From NCBI RefSeq assembly GCF_001194135.2, contig NC_068992.1, positions 17,731,080 to 17,767,472 of the forward strand: DNA of 36,393 bases, read 5' to 3'. The notes under the pieces are model-generated. The model was not told where the DNA came from. It saw only the letters and a list, made by a program, of their open reading frames with translations, and searched no databases. Positions 10,483 through 22,102 of this stretch are shown here, piece by piece; the stretch's first letter is position 1; each line of letters begins with the position of its first letter. This DNA comes from Octopus bimaculoides. Lineage: Eukaryota. The position numbers were made by a program, and so were the translations under genes.

Positions 10483-11410
10483 CAAGGTGCGTAAGGACAT
10501 ACCATTTTTGGGTCAATGCTGCATTTTTTGCTAACTCTGTATAATCTTTGTTTCAGAAAATAATAATAGTGGATCCTCAGCTTACTCAAGAAATGAAAAG
10601 ACATGCTGTTATTAGGCTGAGTATAGCGATTTAGAAATATCTCGATCTTTAAAAGTTGCCAGATCTTTCTTCTACAAAGTTTGTAAAGAGCTATAGACTG
10701 AAGATGGAAACGTATCACGAGTATCAAAACATAATATGCATTCTAAATGCTTTGAAATCATCAGAACACCCAAATTTATCCAGCAAGTTCGACAGACTAT
10801 TGATACCAATCACAGAAATTCCATGAGGTCAATTGCAAAAGATCTCAATGTGCCAGAAGGAACAGTCAAAAGTTTTGTCTACGAAGACATCAGATATGTC
10901 TTATATGATGAGGAAAGGTCAATTTGTCAGAAAAAGCTAAAGAAAATCACTACATCAGATCTAAAATGCTCTTAAATAAACTGAAAAATCCAGCAGAAGA
11001 AGATTTAAGTTGGTTTTTTCAAACGAGAAAAACATCGACCAAGATCAAACAATTTTCATGATCACATAATCCCTAACATTCGGCCCGCTAATTCCCCAGA
11101 TCTCAATCCATCGGACTATTACATGTGGAGCGTTGTTGAGAGAGAGGTCACTGAACACGTCCATAACACCAAAGATTCTTTGAAAGCTGCAATAGTCAGA
11201 GTAATGTCCAAAATGAACCAGGACCACTTGATTCGAGCATGTAGATGATTTAGATCTCATATAGAAGCAGTTGTTGAAGCCGAAGGTGGCTTTATTGAAT
11301 AACATTACAGGAAAGAAATTTATTTTTATCCTAATAAAGTTATTATCTGTTATAATATATCTGTTTTTTTTTATAAACATAAATCTTCGTCAAATATCTT
11401 ACGCACCCTG
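10483..11410 (+). mobile_element. Internally deleted Tc1/mariner element (DD37D/maT-like) with both TIRs and TA TSD
   Basis: TA|CAAGGTGCGTAAG at 10481 and CTTACGCACCCTG|TA at 11410-11412. Peptides IRTPKFIQQV...SMRSIAKDLNV (HTH), WFFSNEKNIDQDQ joined directly to NFHDH...NSPDLNPSDYYMW...EAEGGFIE*. Confidence 0.9.
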
Positions 11411-11524
11411 TATATACATACATACATACATACATACATACACACACATATGTATGTGTATGTATGTACGTATGTATATATGTATGTATGGTTTATGTAT
11501 GGTCGTATATATGTATACACATAT

Positions 11525-11865
11525 AGGTGGCAGATCTCACTCGTTAAATGATGTTCGATCGACCGAATTACGCATACGTTAAAGTGGCTGAATATTCCAC
11601 AGAAGCGCATACCGTTATACGTCATTCTCAGTTAGAATCAACGTGACTCAAGTGTACGACAAGGCAGTACTTTTTGAAGTATAACTGCAATGCATCCGAC
11701 GAGTTTGTGTGCAGTTTCCTTGTACGCTATTTTACTTAGAATGTATGGATAGACCCAAACCTACAGAAAAAATAACATTCATTTTAAAAAAAACGACAAG
11801 GACAAAGACCGAACCCAGAATCTCGTGGTTGCGTAGCAAACTTCTTAACGATTTGGCCATAATGA
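11525..11865 (-). mobile_element. Diverged SINE family C-related copy
   Basis: Minus-strand head TGGCCAAATCGTTAAG...GGGTTCGGTC. The tail GCCTTGTCG...GAGTCACGTTGA...CTGTGGAATATTCAGCCACTT aligns with the 34203 copy. Confidence 0.7.
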
Positions 11866-11989
11866 GTCTGCACACATTATGTTCGGTGTTTGCATCCACA
11901 TGTACATACACGCGAGCGCACGTTCTGTATATGTGTGTGCATGTGTAATAGTATCTGTCTGTATGTCTGCTGCACACTCTCTCTGTGCA

Positions 11990-12023
<34 letters not shown>

Positions 12024-12059
12024 TCTCTCTCTCTCACACACACACACACTCTCTCTCTC

Positions 12060-12100
<41 letters not shown>

Positions 12101-13263
12101 NNNNNNNNNNNNNNNNNNNNNNNNNNNNNNNNNNNNNNNNNNNNNNNNNNNNNNNNNNNNNNNNNNNNNNNNNNNNNNNNNNNNNNNNNNNNNNNNNNNN
12201 NNNNNNNNNNNNNNNNNNNNNNNNNNNNNNNNNNNNNNNNNNNNNNNNNNNNNNNNNNNNNNNNNNNNNNNNNNNNNNNNNNNNNNNNNNNNNNNNNNNN
12301 NNNNNNNNNNNNNNNNNNNNNNNNNNNNNNNNNNNNNNNNNNNNNNNNNNNNNNNNNNNNNNNNNNNNNNNNNNNNNNNNNNNNNNNNNNNNNNNNNNNN
12401 NNNNNNNNNNNNNNNNNNNNNNNNNNNNNNNNNNNNNNNNNNNNNNNNNNNNNNNNNNNNNNNNNNNNNNNNNNNNNNNNNNNNNNNNNNNNNNNNNNNN
12501 NNNNNNNNNNNNNNNNNNNNNNNNNNNNNNNNNNNNNNNNNNNNNNNNNNNNNNNNNNNNNNNNNNNNNNNNNNNNNNNNNNNNNNNNNNNNNNNNNNNN
12601 NNNNNNNNNNNNNNCGCGCATACTTCACTTGTTGCTACTGTAGCCTTTTAAGAAAGTGCTAAATTCCGTCTGTGTCTGTGTGTGTGAGTGCCTCAACTCG
12701 TAAATATTGGCAAGTAAAAAGCTTTGCGCTGGTTTCTTTCATTATCTGTGTGAGCTTGATTGTATCTCTTTCTCTCTCCTCTTTCCTACTCTCTCTCACT
12801 ATGTATGTATGTATGTATGTATGTATGTATAAGTATGTATATATAAGTATGTCTATATATATATGTCGACATATAAGTGTGTGTGTATCGTTGTAGTATT
12901 TGTGTGAAGGTGATAAAGTTTTGTCTTGTTATTCTGCATTAATCCGCCCTTTATCAATGTATTGGTCATGTGATTACCTTATGAGCATGTGTGTGTGTGT
13001 GTGTTATGTGTGTTTATGTCTATATGTGTTTGTGTATATGTGTATGAGCGTATTGTGTGTGTGTATGTGTGTATGTGTATTGGTTAATGTCCTTTAGTTT
13101 AGTTTCTGTAAGGGTGTTAAAATCTATTCCATCACATGTATGGTTGCGAATGTGATTTTGTCTCCGTAATAAAATATACACTGAAGAGGTGTGAATTGAG
13201 TGTGTATCTATGTGTGCAATTGTACGTGGTTATATATATATACATATATATATATATGTATGC

Positions 13264-13313
<50 letters not shown>

Positions 13314-14020
13314 NNNNNNNNNNNNNNNNNNNNNNNNNNNNNNNNNNNNNNNNNNNNNNNNNNNNNNNNNNNNNNNNNNNNNNNNNNNNNNNNNNNNNNN
13401 NNNNNNNNNNNNNNNNNNNNNNNNNNNNNNNNNNNNNNNNNNNNNNNNNNNNNNNNNNNNNNNNNNNNNNNNNNNNNNNNNNNNNNNNNNNNNNNNNNNN
13501 NNNNNNNNNNNNNNNNNNNNNNNNNNNNNNNNNNNNNNNNNNNNNNNNNNNNNNNNNNNNNNNNNNNNNNNNNNNNNNNNNNNNNNNNNNNNNNNNNNNN
13601 NNNNNNNNNNNNNCACACACACACACACACTCACACACACAGAGTAGCTAAGTATCCCGTCGTTGCCGAGCCATTTTACAATAGAATGTATTTGTTTAAA
13701 TAATTTTGTATTTCATGTCCGACCATGTCTTCCCCGACAGCTAAACAGCTAAACGTTGGTCAGGACGGATTTCTGCATATTTAGGGGAATTGATAACGTT
13801 TTTTTTGTTTTTCCATTTGGTGCAAAGATATAAAGACTACTTACTTGTAAAGGTGACCATGGATGAATTAGGATTCTTGAAGTTGTAAACAGGCAACCAA
13901 AAGTGGTTGCCGGTTTACAGCATTTTCTAACGAGTTTGAATTGAAATGAGACATCGTCTCTTGTGTCTGTGCGACCGAGGCTTTTGTGTCCTTATCTAAT
14001 TGACGCATCTTATACATATA

Positions 14021-14580
14021 GGCGCAGGAGTGGCTGTGTGGTAAGTAGCTTGCTTACCTACCACATGGTTCCGGGTTCAGTCCCACTGCGTGGCACCTTG
14101 GGCAAGTGTCTTCTACTATAGCCTCGGGTCGACCAAAGCCTTTTGAGTGGATTTGGTTGACGGAAACTGAAAGAAGCCCGTCGTATATATGTANNNNNNN
14201 NNNNNNNNNNNNNNNNNNNNNNNNNNNNNNNNNNNNNNNNNNNNNNNNNNNNNNNNNNNNNNNNNNNNNNNNNNNNNNNNNNNNNNNNNNNNNNNNNNNN
14301 NNNNNNNNNNNNNNNNNNNNNNNNNNNNNNNNNNNNNNNNNNNNNNNNNNNNNNNNNNNNNNNNNNNNNNNNNNNNNNNNNNNNNNNNNNNNNNNNNNNN
14401 NNNNNNNNNNNNNNNNNNNNNNNNNNNNNNNNNNNNNNNNNNNNNNNNNNNNNNNNNNNNNNNNNNNNNNNNNNNNNNNNNNNNNNNNNATTTGCTCGAC
14501 TAAAGGCGGTGCTCCAGCATGGCCGCAGTCAAATGACTGAAAGAAGTAAAAGAGTAAAAGAGAGTAAAAGAGTAAGAGTA
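14021..14580 (+). mobile_element. SINE family B, full length across a gap, with (GAGTAAAA)n tail
   Basis: Head GGCGCAGGAGTGGCTGTGTGGTAAG...GGGTTCAGTCCC; the gap begins at the internal TA tract; the tail has tandem GAGTAAAA. Confidence 0.92.
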
Positions 14581-14629
14581 TACAGAGAAAAAGTGAGGGC
14601 GTCTGATAAATATATATGTTTATAGAGGG

Positions 14630-15141
14630 CAGTGGTGTAGCAAATAGGGGATCAAGAGAAGCAATCGCTCCCCTCATTCCGAGCACAATTTTCAGAATTG
14701 GCGCCTTTTCAACAATCGTTTTTAACCCTTTAGTTCACTTGTGTGATAAAAATCGAATCTAATTCGTATTTTTGGTATTGTACGGCCCTGGAAGAATTTT
14801 CTGGAGTCATTACTTTATTTGACCAATCTGTGTTTTTGAACTGTTTGCTCAATCTCCTGTGTTACGTTGGTGGTCGTTGACATCTGAAGAACCAAGACAA
14901 ACTCTGACGTCATAACCACTCAACACTAGGACAATCCCGTGGAGTTTCATCTTTTGAATGTCACACTGATATCAGCAGTTGTAAGTTTTGTATATACTAA
15001 CGTTGCATCTCAAACATGAAACTAATGAATGTAGAATACAATTACGTATATGATAACCAAGGAAGTATCTCGCAAAAAATTGTTTGGCGCCTTTTTTTAT
15101 GTGGTCACTCTCCTTTACTTTAGAACCTAGCTACGCCTCTG
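14630..15141. mobile_element. Non-autonomous hAT-type MITE (512 bp)
   Basis: TIR CAGTGGTGTAGC / GCTACGCCTCTG (10/12 match). Flanking 8-mers ATAGAGGG and AGAGACGG match 6/8, consistent with a decayed 8-bp TSD. Subterminal TGGCGCCTTT occurs near both ends. Confidence 0.65.
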
Positions 15142-15580
15142 AGAGACGGAGAAAGTTTACAACAGCAAACCATAAGAAGCAGAGAAATACAAATAGAGAG
15201 AGGGGAATCATTTTTGTTAGTGTCACAGATTTTGAAATTTGAAAACTAAGTGAAAATTTTCAAATTTGGTATATTGATGTAATTTTTCACGCTAAATCCG
15301 ATTTTGTGATTCCAGAAAATCTTTCGAAAAATGTGACAGAATTTTAAAGTTTGATAATTTCTACCCAATCAGAAAACAGGATTTGAAAGCTAACATTTTC
15401 TGCGTGACAGATATCTCTCACAAAATAAAAGCCACGAAAGAAATTACGTATCGTATCGAAAGAAAGAGAGAGAGAAAGAGAGAGAGAGGGGGTGAGCAGC
15501 ATGTGTGAGAGATACATATATGCAAAGAAAGCGTGAGAGAGAGTGTGGTAGATATAAATAGCAAGAAGATAAGCGTAAGA

Positions 15581-15680
15581 GAGAGGGAGAGAGAGAGAAA
15601 AAGAGAGAAAGAGAGAAAGAGAGAGGGAGAGAGAGAGAAAAAGAGAGAAAGAGAGAAAGAGAGAGGGAGAGAGAGACAGA
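15581..15680. repeat. 40-bp-period pure-purine tandem repeat within a GA-rich tract (about 15460-15720)
   Basis: Unit GAGAGGGAGAGAGAGAGAAAAAGAGAGAAAGAGAGAAAGA at 15581 and 15621, partial at 15661. Confidence 0.9.
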
Positions 15681-15777
15681 GAGAGTTAGATAGAGATAGA
15701 TAGATAGAGAGAGAGAGATGACAAATGTGGTATAAAAGTCGAGTTATTCCCCATAGCAAATTATATTTTTTTAATTA

Positions 15778-15901
15778 CTAGTCACTGAATACCTCTCCGT
15801 TGGGACGCAGATTTCGAAAATGAAACCCATTTTCCTCGACGACGCACCGTTTCGGAGCCTTTTCCTGATCTACACACATACACTTTCATTTATATTGTAG
15901 G
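15778..15901 (-). mobile_element. Short non-autonomous Helitron (124 bp)
   Basis: Minus strand A|CCTACAATATAAATGAAAG...CGTCCC-AAC-GGAGAG-(11 nt)-CTAG|T. It sits between A and T, ends in CTAG, and has a decayed hairpin 11 nt upstream. The 5' TC reads CC. Confidence 0.55.
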
Positions 15902-16432
15902 TATATTAGCCTAATCTTTGTTGTTCATGAATGTTTTGCGTTTGTTTGTGTGTGTTTGTTTGTGTATATTAGTGAACATTTTTCTTTGAATGTAAGGGCT
16001 CTACACTTGTCTATGCGTCTATGTGACTATGTGTCAGATGAAAGCGTGTGTGCATATGTGTGTGCATGTGTGTTTTTATTATTATGTGTATGTGTCTTCG
16101 TATGAGTAAGTCTACGTTTTTGCGTGTCTTCACAGAAGTTCAGTCTCTAAGTCAGTATGTATGTATGTATGTATGTATGTATGTATGTATATCATATATA
16201 CACGCATAAACACATACATTTATATATTATATCATATACACACACATATATGTATATATATATATATTTATACACACACACACACACCACACACACACAC
16301 ACACCACACACATATTTATACGCATACATGATGTATATAAATATAAGTGTGTCTCCGTGTGTGTTCTTGGTGTAGTTTGCGTGTTTCTGTTTAAGTGTGT
16401 CCATTTCAAACTTGTATGTACACACACGCGAG

Positions 16433-16493
<61 letters not shown>

Positions 16494-17299
16494 TCTCTCT
16501 CTCTCTCTCTGACACTCACACTCTCTCTCACACACACGTACATGTGTATATGTATATACATATATACTTATATATAAGTATATGTATATATGTGAATGTA
16601 TGTATAAGAAATATGCCACACCTCTATAATATATTATCACCTCGACAGTTCACTTGCAGAAGTCTTCTTATAAAATACTTGTGATCAAAGAAAGTGTTGA
16701 ATCTTACATAAATCAACTCAGAAACCTTTTGGTTACACTTTATTATATTCTTATTTCGATATTGCTATTTCTGTCTCAGATTCTACAGATAATCGAGTTG
16801 AAAGATCAACAGTTCTTTTCCTATCTCTGGTTCAGCATTACGCTCATGGCAAAGGTTCTATTCTCCATAATGGCCCAGTCTATTTAGCTGTAAACAGGTG
16901 CTGCACGATAGAAAAGAGGTAGAAAGCAGCTGTAACGTTATAAAAATGAGGTGCTGTTGACGCACAATGAGGCTGAAACACGGATGCTGCCTCCGATCTG
17001 ATAACGCAATTCTCACACCGATGGTGGGTTTTTCACTCATCGCGAGAAAATTTCAGCTTATGTCTTCCTGTGTCGAGGCGAAATTGTTAATATGATCGTA
17101 TGTACCTAGCCTCTCTCCCAAAGCAACTCCCTGTAAATTAGCGTTCTTGTTTCTAACGGTCATTTAATTTAGCTATATAGTGTTATTACTCGTACGTAAC
17201 CTTAGCATTTAGCGCAAGTCTTGCATTTGTAATATGGTTCCCTGAAGATGAAATTATGTGTATATACCAGCATCTCTCACTTCTTTGGAGTAGAGTGCA

Positions 17300-19040
17300 C
17301 ATAACTGTGGGCATTGGGGTATCACTACCTTCTACGTATATCTCCTATTTAATATTGGGGATGTTTCATTTATGAGGACGCACTCCTATATTTATCTGAG
17401 TGTTGGGTCCTTCGGGTGCTTGGATAAAATGCAGATGTCAAGTCCACATAGTATGCCTCCAAGTTGGTCTTTGGCATGCCGGTAGAATATGGAGGACCGC
17501 TTCTTGTCGTCATATTGTCTCAAATGTACATTTAATCTCTTCACGATGCTTCTAGATGTCTCACCAACGTATGTTATGTTCTTGTATTTATAAGCACATT
17601 CTATGCACCTTATGCTGTAGATTACATTTCTACTTCTACAGTTAATGTCAAGGTTACTCTTGCATATCATGCAGTTCTCATTGGTACATGTTCGTATTCT
17701 CAGAGGGATACGTCCTACATAACTGTGACCTGATGGAACTCCCTGGCTTTTCAACGATCTTAATGTTGAACTTGGTCTCCTTCAGAGCTTTCCAAAATCT
17801 TCGGGCTAGTTCTCACGAACACTCTGTTGTTGACAGTCTTTAACCAAAGTTCAGTATCAAGGACAGGGAGTCAATTGCTAGGGTACATAGTGGGGTAATC
17901 TATAGTTACTTTGATACTTTGGTGGATGGAGTTCGCTATGTTCTGGATGCTCTCCATTATGCTCCTCTCGGTTTCTACACTACTGTTACTTGAGTTTGTC
18001 CTAACTAGAATATCAGTGTCATCTACTTACCCACAATAAAGCAAAACAGTAGTAAATTGTTCAGCTAAGGATTGTTTAAGTTTTCTGTCCCACCAGGTCA
18101 TGAAGAGGCCAACCACATCTCCAGGCACACCGACACCAATGGCTGTACCTTGAACCTGCATGTATAGTTTCCTGGTAAACTTTATTATGTGGTTCTTCAA
18201 GGTGGTTCTTATGCTATTCCCTATTGCATGTGTAATCATTCATTTCACTTGACTGTTGATCTCAGGGTCCTGGGTGGCTATGATTCAGTCACTCCAGTAC
18301 TCTGCAGTGTTTTTGTTCTTTATTGAGGTGATGGTGGGTGGTCTTCCCCTCTGTGACCTGGTGGGGCAGAATCTACTAAGGTCATGTTTGTCTAAGTAGT
18401 AACACTCATGGCTTAGTTGAAAGAGGAGGCCCAGTTCCTACGTGTTGACTTCGTGGAATTCTACTTCAATCTCACAGATAATTACGATGCATTTTTCCAT
18501 AGCAAAATTTATGTCTATAAATGAGTAGAGTGAAATTACATCCAAACTAGGAACATCGTTGTTGAATGCTTGGAAATTTTATGCAGTCCGTTTCTTGGGT
18601 TGGCGTATGTTGCACCACATTGCCATGTGTGCATTGAGAAGTTTTCCCACTCTTTCGTGTTCTTGTGGTGCAACTTCTCTCATACTACTGATGTGTTGTT
18701 GTGTGGTCTGGACATAGATCTGTGGGCTGTCTATCTACAGTCTGCCAGACTTGTCCGTAGGGTGGCACACTAATTCCCTGTTCCTAATTCGCTGTTTCAG
18801 TTTTTGTAGACCTTTAGCAACAGATGAAATGAGTTGGTGGGTCTTCCCCTCATTATGTTTTATAGTGGCTTTGTTATATCGGTCTAAGATGTATCAGAGT
18901 CTGTTTCTAGCTAAGGAAATATCTTTGCCTCTGTCTCACTGTCAATCTGTGGTGGGATACATAACCTTTTGTTGAAGGGTAAGTCTGCGGAGTTGATCAT
19001 CGTCATGTCGTAAGATTTGTTGGTTATAGAAGACAGAGTG
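17300..19040 (-). mobile_element. Penelope-like retroelement remnant 2: N-terminal region, RT and GIY-YIG endonuclease, with stops and an internal deletion
   Basis: GLQKLKQRIRNRELVCHPTDKSGRL; SLDVISLY; RGRPPTIT; YMQVQGTAIG...LFMTWWD; *VDD; ANSIHQSIKVTIDYP...LPVLD; KIVEKPGSSI; C..C...C...NVIYSIRCIEC...YVGETSR...RL (ORF 17392-17754). Confidence 0.92.
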
Positions 19041-19092
19041 TAGGGTGCTGCCGATGTTACTATCGATGTATTTGTTGCTATGGTTACTGGAA

Positions 19093-19124
<32 letters not shown>

Positions 19125-19278
19125 GTTGCTAAAATCGGTATTGTCCCCCGTTGTTGTGTTGTTATTATCATCGCTATTGTTGTTGCTACTTGTTTATGTA
19201 GGGGATGTTGTGGTTATCATTGTTATGTTAGTCACTATTGTTGTCGTTAACTAACATTGCTAATATATATGTATGTAC

Positions 19279-19316
<38 letters not shown>

Positions 19317-20023
19317 NNNNNNNNNNNNNNNNNNNNNNNNNNNNNNNNNNNNNNNNNNNNNNNNNNNNNNNNNNNNNNNNNNNNNNNNNNNNNNNNNNNN
19401 NNNNNNNNNNNNNNNNNNNNNNNNNNNNNNNNNNNNNNNNNNNNNNNNNNNNNNNNNNNNNNNNNNNNNNNNNNNNNNNNNNNNNNNNNNNNNNNNNNNN
19501 NNNNNNNNNNNNNNNNNNNNNNNNNNNNNNNNNNNNNNNNNNNNNNNNNNNNNNNNNNNNNNNNNNNNNNNNNNNNNNNNNNNNNNNNNNNNNNNNNNNN
19601 NNNNNNNNNNNNNNNNNNNNNNNNNNNNNNNNNNNNNNNNNNNNNNNNNNNNNNNNNNNNNNNNNNNNNNNNNNNNNNNNNNNNNNNNNNNNNNNNNNNN
19701 NNNNNNNNNNNNNNNNNNNNNNNNNNNNNNNNNNNNNNNNNNNNNNNNNNNNNNNNNNNNNNNNNNNNNNNNNNNNNNNNNNNNNNNNNNNNNNNNNNNN
19801 NNNNNNNNNNNNNNNNNNNNNNNNNNNNNNNNNNNNNNNNNNNNNNNNNNNNNNNNNNNNNNNNNNNNNNNNNNNNNNNNNNNNNNNNNNNNNNNNNNNN
19901 NNNNNNNNNNNNNNNNNNNNNNNNNNNNNNNNNNNNNNNNNNNNNNNNNNNNNNNNNNNNNNNNNNNNNNNNNNNNNNNNNNNNNNNNNNNNNNNNNNNN
20001 NNNNNNNNNNNNNNNNNNNNNNN

Positions 20024-20205
20024 TATATATATATATATATATGAATATATATATATATGTATATAGTTATACATATATATATATACATATATATTTATAT
20101 ATTTATATATATATGCATATATACATATATATAGACATATACATATATACATATACATATACATATATATGTATATATGAATAATGTATATATATACATA
20201 CATAT

Positions 20206-20246
<41 letters not shown>

Positions 20247-20393
20247 CACATATATATATAGATATATATATGTATATCTGTATATATGTTTATATATATA
20301 TGCATACATCTATATATATATATATGTGTGTGTACGTGTGTATGTATGTATATATACATGTATATATGTGTATATACACATACACATGCACAA

Positions 20394-20446
<53 letters not shown>

Positions 20447-20470
20447 CACACACACATACACACACATATA
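20024..20470. repeat. Degenerate TA/TG/CA dinucleotide mosaic
   Basis: Directly visible. Source of the YI and VC pseudo-ORFs. Confidence 0.95.
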
Positions 20471-20594
20471 CAAATTTTCAATAACAAGCAGCTGTTATAG
20501 AGTAGGCAAACAAGACTTAGTTCCTAACACTACCGTTTTATACAGAATTACATACAACAGAATGTTGTAAATAGCTACGGTACACTAACGAATG

Positions 20595-20892
20595 TTTTAT
20601 CTTCATCTTGTTTCACTCATTGGACTGCAGCGAAGCTGGGGCATGGCCACGTACAGGTTTTAGTCGAAGAAATCAACCCCAGTTTTTATTTCTGTTCTAA
20701 AAGTCTCTTTCTGCCAAACAGCTAAGTTATAGTGACATAAACAAACCAACACTATTTATCATGACGTGGTGGAGAACAGAACAGGCACAAAGTCACACAG
20801 ACAGATACATATTACTGACTTCCACACAGTTTCCTTCTACCAAATTCAATCGCAATGCATTAGTCGACCCGATGCTATAGTTGAAGACACTT
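20595..20892 (-). mobile_element. Diverged SINE family B lacking its head
   Basis: Minus strand AAGTGTCTTCAACTATAGCATCGGGTCGACTAATGCATT...GAATTTGGTAGAAGGAAACTG, with decayed 3' motifs. Confidence 0.7.
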
Positions 20893-21072
20893 ATTTCTTT
20901 ACTGCCCACAAGGGGCTACACACAGAAGGGTCAAACAAGGAGATACAAACAGATTGAGTCGATTAGATCGACCCCAGTGCGTAACTGGTACGTATCTCCT
21001 CGACACCGAAAGGATGAAAGACAAAGTCGATCTCGGCAGAATTTGAACTCAGAACGTAAAGACGGACGAAAT
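20892..21072 (-). mobile_element. SINE family A (tail type 1), 5'-truncated; left arm of a fold-back pair
   Basis: Family-A core and the CAGTAAAGAAATAA tail on the minus strand. Confidence 0.88.
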
Positions 21073-21248
21073 GCTTAGTGGTATTTTGTCCGTCTTTACG
21101 TTCTGAGTTCAAATTCCGACGAGGTCGACTTTGTCTTTCATCCTTTCGGGGTCGATAAACTAAGTAGCAGTTGCTTACTGGAGTCGATCTAATCGCCCGT
21201 CACCCTCCCCACCCCCAAAATTCGGGCCTTGTTCCTAGAGCAGAAAAG
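21067..21248 (+). mobile_element. SINE family A (tail type 2), 5'-truncated; right arm of a fold-back pair
   Basis: CGAAATGCTTAGTGGTATTTTGTCC...GAGGTCGACTTTG...CAAAATTCGGGCCTTGTTCCTAGAGCAGAAA. Confidence 0.88.
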
Positions 21249-21256
21249 AAAACAAT

Positions 21257-21640
21257 GTAGCCTCGACCGACCAATGCATTATATGTGAATTTGGTAGAAC
21301 ACGACTTTAATAAAGCTCGTCGTATGTACAAAAGTATATACATATATATNNNNNNNNNNNNNNNNNNNNNNNNNNNNNNNNNNNNNNNNNNNNNNNNNNN
21401 NNNNNNNNNNNNNNNNNNNNNNNNNNNNNNNNNNNNNNNNNNNNNNNNNNNNNNNNNNNNTATATATATATATGTGTGTGTGTGTATCATTGTGTTTGTC
21501 CCTCCCCTTTGGACTACCGCTGACCAAGTAGTGTTAGTTTGTTCACGTCCCCGTAGTTTAGGTGCTCGGCAAAAGGTACAAATAGAATAAGTATCAATCT
21601 TCAAATAAGTACAGGCATAAATTCGTTAAACTAGCTTTAT
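21257..21640 (+). mobile_element. Diverged SINE family B lacking its head, spanning a gap
   Basis: TAGCCTCGACCGACCAATGCATT...GAATTTGGTAGA before the gap; GTGTTTGTCCC...ACGTCCCCGTAG...TAGAATAAGTA after it. Confidence 0.7.
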
Positions 21641-22038
21641 AAGGGCTAGTATAGCTGCAGTTCAGCGTCTGAAACACAGAAAAGAGCAAAAGAATTAAAG
21701 AGTTAACAGTCAAACCGTTTTAGATCTCACGATGAGTTACCAGTTAAGATGTTATTCTTCTGCACGCGGTAATAAAAGCCAATGAGTCCGCTCCATTAAT
21801 ATGAAGAATCTCCCAAAAGGTCCTAAACCAATCATAGATTGCGGAACATCGTTGTCCGACACTAAACATAAAGCAGTAATAAAAAAGTATGAGGAAACAT
21901 TTAATAAAGATAAGGTAACACGAAGAGAGATGCGTAAAATCTAACATCTCTGAGTGAACAGCGGTTCCTTACCAATCACATACATAGACACATGTACACA
22001 CACAATCACAAGAGACACGTGTAAACACATGTGTACGC

Positions 22039-22102
<64 letters not shown>

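Noticed and set aside
17230-17260. CTGAAGA near the 3' side of PLE remnant 2 as a hammerhead
   Set aside because: It is on the opposite strand to the element, with no stem II and no stem I partner.
21801-21944. Small ORF MKNLPKGPKPIIDCGT... with a possible donor at 21914/21915
   Set aside because: There is an in-frame stop just upstream and no acceptor; the resemblance to hAT K.I.D..TRW is too faint to call.
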